A stretch of DNA of 35,572 bases from Hyphochytrium catenoides (lineage: Eukaryota > Protista > Hyphochytriomycota): positions 1 through 35,572 of the forward strand of contig FLMG01002106.1 in NCBI GenBank assembly GCA_900088475.1. Reading direction: 5' to 3'. The position numbers and the translations under genes are program-made. A model generated the notes under the pieces. That model was given only the letters and a program-made list of their open reading frames with translations, ran no database searches and was not told the origin of the DNA. This document shows positions 1 to 10,800 of the stretch, piece by piece. Each line of letters opens with the position of its first letter. The stretch's first letter is position 1.

Positions 1-20
1 GAGAGAGAGAGAGAGAGAGA
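1..20. repeat. (GA)n microsatellite at window edge
   Basis: Ten perfect GA units seen directly. Confidence 0.95.
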
Positions 21-982
21 CAACGCGGACGCCATAACGGTAGTGACTGCCAACTACCGTTTTATTACTACTGCCCTGTATTTAATGAAGTAAACAGCGT
101 TAGGGACTCACCCGCTAAGGATACTATTGACGACCCTCTAGGATTTCACGAAAAGGGCCATCTTGATGCCCTCCTCCTCTCTGTATCTCTCTCTCTCTAT
201 TTTTTGTTTAACTTTGCTCTCTCTCTTTCCTTCTTTCCCTCTCTCCCTGTGCTCGCTGTCTCTGTCTCTCTTCTTCTAAACTTGTCCCTGCGGGTTTTTT
301 GTTCCTTTCTCCCTCTTTCTCTTCCTCACTTCGTTGCTAGACTTTCCCTTGCGTGCCCTCTCTCTCTCCTCTCGCTCTCTGTTTGTGTCTCTGCCTTTTA
401 CCCCTCCTTTCATCATTGTTGTCCATCCCACATCTTCTTCCTTTCTCTCCTCCGTCATCATCACTTTCTCCTTCTTTCGTGTCCGTTTTTTTGAGGAGAA
501 GAGCAGCGGGACGTCACTTCTGCTCTTCCCAGCTGCAAGAGAGGAATGGCGGTCAGGTGAGAGAAAGAGAAAAATGGGAGAGAGAGAATTGCGAGAACAG
601 AGGACGAAGGAGGGGAGAAAGACGGAGGAGCAGGAGAGCACACCCTCCACGGGGAAGAGGAAGGGAACAAGGGTCCTGGGTAGTGGTGCTGAGCGCCAGC
701 CGCAACAGACCGTCAGTCTCACGTTCTCTCTCCCTTTCGACCAGGAAGGCCAGGAACTTCTGTTGATCTATTTGCTTCGTGGGTCTCCACCTCTCTCTGG
801 AGAGAGGTCGCTAGCAGATGACTCTGGGGAGCGCAGTAGGAGACGGAAGGTCGGCCCCTCAATAATTAGGCTCTGCTAGAGGTATCTTTGCTAAGGAAGC
901 GTGCTGGGTTAGGTTTCTTCTCTCGTGCTAGTTCGCCAGAATCCTGCTGCAGAAGATTAGAGTCATTCCCTTGTCGTCTTGA
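3..982 (+). CDS. Probable 3' end of a spliced gene, hypothetical protein (partial)
   Basis: Frame open from 3, CT-rich intron-like tract ~183-495, charged exon (EEWRSGERKRK...QELLLIYLLRGS...RSRRRK), then GT..AG intron 850-931 joining in frame to FARILLQKIRVIPLSS-TGA (980-982). First junction unresolved; no family recognised. Confidence 0.4.
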
Positions 983-1825
983 TCGTCCTGCCACCCACGA
1001 CCTCCTCCTTCGCTGCTGCATCACGGGTACCAAAGGCATAACGCTCTTAAGCAGCATCTACTAGGGTCTCCGAAGGAACAAGAGGTCGTCGCTCTTCTTT
1101 AGCGAAGGATGAAGGCGTCCGGTGAAGAACAGCTATCAAAAGGAGAGAATAGAAGTTATGACGTAAGTGAAGCTCCATTTGGACTGAATGAGGGCTCACT
1201 TTTGCGTGTCTCTCTCTCCTCTTATTCTCTCTCTCTCTTATTTTCTCTCTCTCTCATCCTGCTGTCAGCAGGTCAGCTGCCAAAACGGCCGAAGAGGCAA
1301 CAACGCGGACCGTTCGCCAAACAGCCGAGACCTGCCGACACGCTACGCTCAGGGGAAATTGAAGGAAGAAGACCTACCTGACCTCAGCATGCTCATCCTA
1401 ACAGCATTACCAGTTTGCTCCACCCTCATTATTACAAAGGTTTACTAAGGTTAACCGCAAGCAAGGAACTGGCCCAGCAGCAGCAGCCGCATGATGCTAT
1501 TTGGAAGAAGGGCGCCGGCGGGCGAAGTGTGGCAGAGTGACGCTAGGGTGTGCGCCCTAACGATCCTCATAGCCCTTCTTATAATTTTCAGGAGAAGTGA
1601 CTCCTTTTCTCTCTGAAGCCTTGTCGCAGTAAGAGAACAGAGCGGAGCACCAGCAGCAAGAGGGATACATCGGGAGGACCTGAAGCTCTATAATAGCTTT
1701 ATAGCTTTTAGTTGAAATCTGTAGGACTATCATGAAGAAAAGTCGATCTTGGAGAGAGGTATGTCGTCTATCTATCGCCCCGCCTTCACTCTCTGCCAAT
1801 TGCCTTCACTCTGCGGAAGTACTCC

Positions 1826-4800
1826 TCATTTCTTCTCGTGTTGACCTTTTCGCCTGCGGTACCAACACTGATAGGAGACACACAGCGGAGAGGAAGATTA
1901 GGGGAAGACGGAAGAAGGAGAGGAAAGCAAAAGAGGTGTTAAAGCAGGCACACCATCCATCTCACGCATCATATACTAGGCGCTGTGCTGCAGTGCTGTG
2001 AAGTGGTAAGAGGAGGGACCCGAACACGGGAGACGAAGGAGGTAAGTGTACCTGAATACTCCTTGCTCTCTTCTCTCCTTGAGGTAACGTCTGGTAGTAC
2101 TGTCGCAATGTTCCTTCCACGACTGAGAGTGTCTGCACAGCGTCTGAAGGCTCACTCGCCGCTAATGATCGTCCTGTCAGCGCCGAGACCGTAAAGACTC
2201 TGAAGCGGTAGAAGCTCTGCGGCAAAAGATTCGATATTTGGATGGAAGTCTCCGCACCTATTTTCAGCGAGGAGAGGGCACCAGGGACGGCCCAGAAAAC
2301 ACAGAGAGAAGGAGAGGGCCATGAGGGTTAGAAGGGTGCGGTCGAGCAAAAGAGAAACTGAAAGATGACAGACAGAGGCCATTCTTCGAAGCATTAGGAT
2401 GGCTGCTGGAGGAGGAGAAGCTGGAAGCCTCCTCCTACACCATGAGGTTGATAGGTAAGAGAGAGGACCCCGGACGAGGCGCAGGATAGCAGCCTGCCAA
2501 CTCACTCTGATGGTGAGAGCAAGCCTAAACAAAGATGTCGAAATGCCATCAAGAGATATGACATAAAGAAGATAAAGAGTCAAAGGATTCGGCATGCCTG
2601 AGGTGGCCGCGCAGGGTCTGAATCTGCTTTTGCCTTCTGCTCCCTCCACTTCATAGCGGAGCACCTTGTCCACGTCCTCCAGTTCCGGTGATGTCCAGCA
2701 CAGAGTCACTGTCCGATGGGAGACAGCTGAGACATGTACAGCCTAGGACGATGGCGTGGTACGGTAGGAGGAGAAGATGGAAGAATCGTTAGAAGCAAAG
2801 AGAGTAACATGATGAACAGAAGGTGACCATGGGTCAAGGCCGCTCTTCGCGAAATTGGAGACTTGTCTGGGAGAGGGATACAGAGGTAAGAAGAAAGCAG
2901 AAGAAGAGGAGATAGAGATGTTGCGAGAGAGATAGTCAGACGGACTCCTACCGTGGGAGGTCGCGGTGGGAGGAGTTTGGAGGTCAGAAATGGGCCGTAG
3001 AGCTCACTCAATGGGCTGACACCGCCAGCGCTCACTGCCGCAACGGTGACGCCATAGATACAACGGGGCTTCAACTTCTTTAGGACCAACTCGTACTCAG
3101 AGAAAGGATTCTCTCTCGCTCCTGCATCCCGTTCCTTCTCTTCCTCCCTTTTATGTTCATCTCGGTGGGCATCTACTATTCCTCCTTCTTGCGCTTCGTC
3201 CTCGTCCTCATCTTCTTCTCGAAGCAGAGCCCTATCCTCCGCAGTTACCTCCTGGGTGGTGTGCCGCCGGTGTTCCTTCAGAGGGCGAAGCTGGTTGGGC
3301 GACTTCGGTCCTACCATAGAGCTTCTTCTCCCTCTCTTCTCTTCCGCACTATCGTCTCTGCTAGGTTGCTCCTCCTGTTCAGGATTTCCTCTCTGTCCAG
3401 CACTCGGTTGGTTCAGGCTCTCCTTTGTGGCAATCGCCTTCTGTTGTTTGGCAGAAGGTGATGATGGAGTGATACTCGTCTTTCTTCTCTCGGAAGCCTC
3501 TTCTTTCTGGGGAGAGCCGCCTACTTCCTCTGCTGGTGGTCTCACCAGTGTTGGTGTCATAGGAGGAGCCGAAAGACGATGATGCTTGCCCTCCAGCTGC
3601 TGGTCTTCAGTTCTTCGTCTCTCGGGAGGAAGGGGTTGTTCTTCATCCCTAAGGAGCAAAGGGAGAACCACATTTCGATCTTCAGGCGCTGCTGTGTCTT
3701 CTTCTTCTCTCCCGTCAAGAAGCCGAATCCGTATAGATGTAATCCGATTGGCCCTGACAAAAGAGACAGCAAACAAGTGAGGAGGAGATTAGCAGGGACA
3801 CTATAGCGCTGAAAGACCCGTGACTTTTCGGCAATGCCAAGTTGAGGACTACTACGTATGGCGCAAGCGCAAGGACCAGGAAAAACAGAGGATGACTGAG
3901 GAGTAAGATAGTTAGGAAGGAGGACGATGTGGGACACGACACAAGGAGCGATAACGATGGTGATCCTAAAGCCAGGAGATACAGGAAAGAGCAGGCACGC
4001 GATTCTTCACTTACCCTCCCACGCCTTGTTGCCTCATGCACCTGACCACCACGACAGCAGAGGTAGAGGTGATGCACTTGACGGCCACCACCTCAGGTGC
4101 CGAGGGTCGTACAGGAAGCGTCTGGAAGATGATCGGAGGTTCTGGCTCAAGAGGCGAGAAGAGGAGGGCCAGGTCCTTGTTCCGGTAGCTGAACCCGATC
4201 TGCACCTGGTAGTCCTGATTGCGAGGGGGAACAAGCGTAGTTAGGCAAACAAGGCTTGAGTTACAGCAGAAGGGGTAAAGACCCGAGAGAACAAGGGATA
4301 AGGACTGCAACATTAATGAACCAAGATCCTCCGCTCTACTATGGGAGCCCGGGCTAAGTAGGTGAGGTGGACCAGGGCGTTGGGAAGGGAAAGGACGGAA
4401 GCTAATTTATATGCAAGCAAGGCAAAGGATGCAGGAGGAGGACCGAAGGAAGGACGCATATGGATGTTTCTAGCCAAAAGGAGGAGAGCTAACGACAGGC
4501 CAGCGCTATTGAGTTCTGAGCCCTTCATCCACTGCTAGTCTTCACGTCCATAAGGATAAGGCTGTGGACCGCAAGGGGAAGAAGAGGAGCAGACGAAGAC
4601 AGGAGAGGGATTAAAGAAAGAGCAACTCCTGACATTCCTTACCGTCATTGAGGAAAGATTGTCTAGTTCACAGTGAACACTGGGGTACGGCGTTGAATAG
4701 GTGAAAACCTCGACCTCCGACTCCTTAGACGCAGCTGTGTTGATTATATCCTGCTGGTTTCTTTCGCTATCTTTCCTCCTCGTCACCGTGAGCAGAAAGG

Positions 4801-7800
4801 CACTAATGCTGCTCCCATTACTTCTTGGTACGTCCCATTGGGCTTGCGCACGGTGTGGCCCCACAGAGACCACTCGCAGACCTGAGATAGAATCGGGAGC
4901 TACGAGAGGAGGGTCAGACGGTGGGACCAGGATAAGCATAGAGAAGCAATTAATCGAGTGTCGGCATCGACCTTTCGATCGATGGCGAGCAGCAGGAAAG
5001 GACGACGCCCGCTCTGATAAGAAAGCAGCCAAGATGGACGACGAGGCAGAAGCCCTAGACTCGATGTAGCCAAAGAGCAACGAGGCGAGCTAGAGCTCTG
5101 TAGAGAGTCGAGGATAACAAAGGAGACAGAACGGAAGCGCCTAGCTCTGCTATCTTGTGCTGATGTACAATACTACTTCATACCTGCAGCCTCCGTCCGG
5201 CAGGAGGCAGGTGGGCTAGGCTCTCCCACGCCAAAGCTGCCAGCACCACATAAGGTGGAATCGAAAGGAAGGAGGAGAACGGGCCTTTCTTACCTGTTAC
5301 TGGCTGCCACTGTGACAAAGTACTGAGTGTACGGCACCAGACCCTGAATTACACAGCGCAGGATCTTGTACGAAGCCACCTACGCCACCCACCAAAGCCA
5401 TGCATTAAAAGAACGGAGAGGAACGGAGAGACTAGCGTAGCCTGCGCCTATCGTTGGCCAAACGAAGAGGAGGACAAGGACAGTGTGGCAGACTAACATG
5501 ATTTGAGATAAGAAGGCACCGCAAACGGAGGATAAGAGGCGAAGAAAGACAGTGTTACCTCTTGCTTTATATGTTCCTTCGAAAGGAGCTTGAGCAGGTC
5601 TGGATCCTCCTTTTCTTCCTCTGCCTGAGTCACCATTGCGGTGTCTGAGCCTCCAAGATCCCCTTTCTCCCGAAGTAGAGCTCGTCTCTCTCTTTCCCGC
5701 CTCCGCTTTCTCCTCTCAACCTCTTCGCTGTACTTTTGCTGGTTGACATGGAGCAGAGCTCTTTCTAAAGCAGTCTTATAGTTGTAGAGAACCTGGTCTT
5801 CATGGGCTTGTTTGGCCTTGAGCTTTCTAGAAGACATAGCAACGTGAGAACCGTTCGTAGCAACTCCGTTAACACGGAGGTTTGGCATAGGCAGACAGCT
5901 TAACTCTTGTCCTACACGGTGACCGTTGGGGCGTCCAACCACGGAAGAAGACAATGGTGTCAAGGCGGCAAACAGCGACCCAAGATGGTGGACTCTGACA
6001 GTCGGCAGAGGAGCTGCGGGGAAGATAGGAGAATATGGTAGGCCCTATGAAGAGGAGGAAAGGTCTTACTTCTGCTCCTTGTACAAAGGATCTTCCCTTC
6101 TGCTGCTCTTCGAGGTTCCCTGAGTCGACCAGCTGTCAGACCTGAGAAGGACGACGGAAAGAGAAGAACGATGACGAGGAGCACATCCCTTCCGGTCAGA
6201 GCAGGTAGGACAATGCGGCCATATTGCACTGAGCACAACTGAAATAGAACGTTTGCGATACACCATCAATGACTGAGACAGCATACAGCGTCCTAGAGCT
6301 GCCTCAGGCAGAAGAGGAGAGTGCGTAACAGAGATCACAAGGCTTATGAAAGACAGGGCTGATGAAAGGGACCCCGTGGGTCCGCCTGGAACATCATGAC
6401 GGCATGACTACTAGGGAGAACGAAGATACAGGACTGGGAGTAGAACCTGGTTAGCTCAGCTCCGGGTCCTCCTCCTGCTGCTGCTGTCGCAGCGGTTCGC
6501 TTGTGCCTAGGTTCCATTGGCTGGAGTTCTTTAACTGGCACGACCAGAAACACGTCGTCTGCGTGTTGAAAGAAAGCACCGTTAGGAGAGTGGATGGCTC
6601 CTCCTACTAGGCACATGAATGAGACTATTATAGTAAAGGCCTAGGGCATCATGACTCAAGTCGTAGAGCGGTGGGAAAGCAAATGCATAGAGAAGAGGTT
6701 AAGCCCTAGGTCCACAGAAGGTAGACCGACGAAGAGAATAGTAGTGGGCGGACTCTCGTCACCAACCTTCCTTCTCTGCTTCATCTTTGAAGCGAATGTG
6801 AAAGCTCTCCACCTCCTTTCCGTTGCCGTCAGGAACATGGACGAGAAGTTCCGCACTCTCAGCCGTGCAATTGAAAGGACAAACAGCACGCAGTGGCGCC
6901 GGCCCTGGTGGACGTGTCGCAGCATGAGAGCAAGGCGAGGATAGATAGGTTTACCGCCCGAACGTTTAACGCGGGAAGGCAACAGCGCGGCACCGGACAA
7001 CAGTAAATGATCAGAAGGCATGATGAAGGCCGTATAACGTGAATCAACCTATCGATAAAAGAAAGAAGGAGACCCAAAGGCTAACGACATACCAAAGGAT
7101 CTAGTGGTCGCCAGCTCTGAAGGCTCACTTAGAGGCCCTTCTCCGACCTAAATAGAGTACCATGGCGGAGTGAGGACGGAGAAAAAAGGAAGAAGAGGAA
7201 CATAGAAACGATGTCAACCTAGAGGTGAGCATGACGGCGTTGGACGCAGAGGGTAAAGAAAGAGAGACTTCTTCTCATCGGGTGAGCTGTGGCGCGATAG
7301 CGCTAGAAGACAGGAGGCTCACACGGCACAATATTAGTACATAAATCTGGTGCAATCTCTCTTCCCAGGCCTACCTCGTTAGTCGCGGAGACTCTGAACC
7401 GAAAACTTCTCCCAGACGGAAGCCCTTCTATTTCTGTCTCTTCTCTCCTCTCATCCCAAAGAAACGAAGAAGAAGAGACTGAAGCCTCTACAGCCTTCAC
7501 ACTAAGAAAGATTGGACGAGGTGGTGCCGAAGAAGACGATGAGAGCTGTGAGGCACCTGCCCGCGGAGAAGAGAAGAAAGCAGAGCTTTCCTCTTCATGC
7601 ATATACACCGTATAGGCTCTAATGTAGGAACCATGAGCCTTCGGAGGATTGCAAGGACAGGCCATTTAGAGTTGATAGTGAGTGGGTAGATCCGTATGGT
7701 CGAGAGGACAGACAACAAACACACAGAGGGGAAGAGAAGGGAGAGAGAACCGGAGTGAGTCAGGAAGAGAGAGAAGAGAAGGGAGCGAGGAAGAGTGTGC

Positions 7801-10800
7801 GACTGGGAGAGAGAGAGAGAGAGACGAAAGTTATAGAGATCGGGACAGAAAAGGGGAGAGGCGAGGAGTTCAGGAGAAATAGAGGGAAACGTGGGGTAAG
7901 AGAGAGAGGAAGAGAGAGATAATTTGAGCGAGAAAGACAAGAAATGGACCATGATATGATAAAGTTTCACTGCCTCCACTTACAAAGGGAGGGCGCCACT
8001 GTATAGTTACCGAGTGCTTATTGCAGGACACGATGGCGACATGACTGATCTTATTCGGGACTGACGAGATGATGAACGAACAGTGGAGAAGGTGAAGAGA
8101 TAAAAAGGATTAGAAGGGATGAGCCCTTCAAGCCAAAGAAGTGAAGGAACTAGACAAAAGGCACAGTGTCTCCTGGGCACAACCACTCTCTTTAGGAACA
8201 TGGGGAGGCTATGGCAAGCAAGAGTCAACCTGCAAATTCCAAGGGCATGTACAGGACGAAGCAGCCAGGACACAGACCAGTGAGCAGAAGAAGTTTGCTT
8301 GGGGAGGAAAACTTTAATAACAGTAGGCATGTAAGGGGACGCAGAACATAGAGGGAGCGAGGAAGTGGCGGGAAGAAGCAAGGTACCTTGTTTATCCAGC
8401 TTCCAAAGCTTCAAGGTCCTGTCGTGGCTGCCGGAATAGAGCCAGCTACCAACCGCACCTCCTACATCCAGCGCTCGTAGCGTGTAGATCACATCCTCAT
8501 GCCCATGCAAGGAGAAGAGTAGTGCCATCGAACCGGAAAAATGAGTAGTCGTATCATCCGAAGCCAAAGAAGGTAGGGACCAGACCTGGAGCATATGAAT
8601 CAGGAGAAAGCGGAGGAGAAAAAAGTGAAAAAGATGATAGCTAAGTCTAAGCCGCCGCTGTGGAAAGGATGTAGGTCAAGGGAGACGATAAGAAACATAA
8701 GCAACACGACGATCGGTGAGATGAATTTGCGGACCAATGCCAAGAAGAAAGAGGTTCTCCTGCTACGGTTTGACCTTGACATGTGCCTAAGGCTTACCTT
8801 CACGACGGCATCTTCTCCTCCAGACGCTAACCGGTCACCAAAGGTACCGAGAGCGGTCACAGGCCCATCATGCGCGGATGGGACCCGAAGCAGAAGAGCC
8901 GAGGAGGCAGTCAGATCGGCTGCCACCTTCCACATCTGAGCAAGCGGCCATGAAGCATCACAAGAGGGAGGCGAAAGAAGGAAATTATTTCAAAAGTCGC
9001 TGCTCTCCCTCTTTCCATTCAATGCCACTATTTGTCTCTCATTTTCTCCATTTCTCTTTCTCTCTATATATATTCCTCTTTCCTCCCTCAGTTTCCTTCC
9101 TTGTCATTCTATTCTCCTGGCCCCACCCTCCTTTCCCGGACTTCCGTCCATATGAGAGGGTCTCTACTCTATTCACAATCTCTCACAACCCAAGAAGATC
9201 CTACAGAAAGGTTTTTCCGGCGTTGTCTCCTGCTGTCATCAGAACTTACGCAGATATCTCCACTTCGTCCTCCTGTCACCAACCGGTCCCCGTTAGGAGG
9301 GATAAAGAGTCCGCACGCCATCTGCTCCAGCTTTTCCTTCTGATAAGATTCAACTAAGGACTGCTTGGTCTCCAATCTCTGCGGATGGGAGAGGCTGTCT
9401 CTTCTCTCAATCTTCATCAACAGCCTGACCACATGATTAGATGTAGGTATCTCTGTGTCCTGAGCCCGCTCTTCTATTCTAGTTGTTGCGCGAGCGTCCT
9501 CTGTCTGCTGGCGTTCATGGACAACTGTCCCAGCGTCGAATGCCTGGACAAAAGACGAAGTCCCTCCTGCCGAATTGCTATTGAGGTCCTTCCCTCTTCT
9601 CTCGCAAAGCCATGGGTGGAAGTCCAAGTCTCCGCTGTCCTCTATCGTGATGCTGGCAAGGCGGAGAATAGACGTTCCGCTTAGCAGCTGGCGGGAGAGG
9701 AGAACGGGATCCATCAACTGCAGCCGCTCTCGAAGGCTGTCCACGAGGGCGTCGCCGTCTTGACCTTTAGTGCTGAGTGCAGGAGGGCTGTTACCCTCGG
9801 TTTCTGGTTCTGTTTCTGTCTTCCTCCCTTCTTCCGCTTGTCTCTCCTCTGTTTTGCGTTTGCGTTCTTCTTGCTCCTTTGCGAGAGGCTGTGCTCTGTC
9901 TATTCGCTCGTCTGAAAGCCCATCCTTTTCTTTATAAAGCTCCATGCCGCGTTCTTCATTCTCCTGATTCTCCTTCCCACTCTCGTCAGTTTTGGTCCTT
10001 ACCTCGACGTGCCCTGTGGGGCATGCAGAGAGATATGCTTGTTAAGTGCTGGAGTCATGGCAACAGCCCAAGCAATGCACAGCAGGTAACAGCTTTAAGA
10101 GAGGTAACTGTGAATGGAGACAGAATCAGACAGGGGAATGAGGCATGACTAGAGAGATGAGCTACTAGTAGCTGAAATAAATAAACAGGCACTCCGCTTG
10201 GGAGAGCACCTTCGCCCAGATACAAACGCTGCAAAGGAGCGCTGAAGAGAAGGCGATGCTTCTTGGGAAGTGTGTGAGGGTCAGGCGTGGAAGGAGTAGG
10301 ATAGAGGTATCCACCTCTAGAAGTTCCGTCCGAAGCATCTGTAAGAAGTAAGCTCTCTGGGGCTGTTCCTGGTGCAAGCTTCCACCGTTTTACTTGGGGA
10401 GGACAATCTATGGTCCTGGAAGACACATTCTAGGTTATTATCAGCAATGGCAACCGTGAATAGCCACAAACAAAGCTTAACAAAGTATGTGAGCGGGCAT
10501 TAAAGGAGGTATAGGCAATAAAGTGCAGCATGTAGAGAGAGAGACAGAGAGAGAGAGACAGAGAGAGGCACAGAGAGAAGCAAAGAGTCATAAAGCTGAG
10601 AGGAGAGACATGCATGGAGTAAATTTACGTACCAGACTTTAATGCAGAGAGGGGAGAGGGCACCGCCCAACGTTACCATCTAAGAGAAGGGCACAGGACA
10701 TTAGAACTTGGACTTATTAGTAGGACAGTCAGAGTAAGAGAGAGACAGTCAGAGGGAGAGAGAGAGACAGTCAGTGGGAGAGAGAGAGACAGTCACTGGG

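Noticed and set aside
1271-1540. TGA read-through or selenocysteine at 1379-1381 extending the frame to 1540
   Set aside because: No redox motif, no recognisable SECIS, and the peptide resembles no family.
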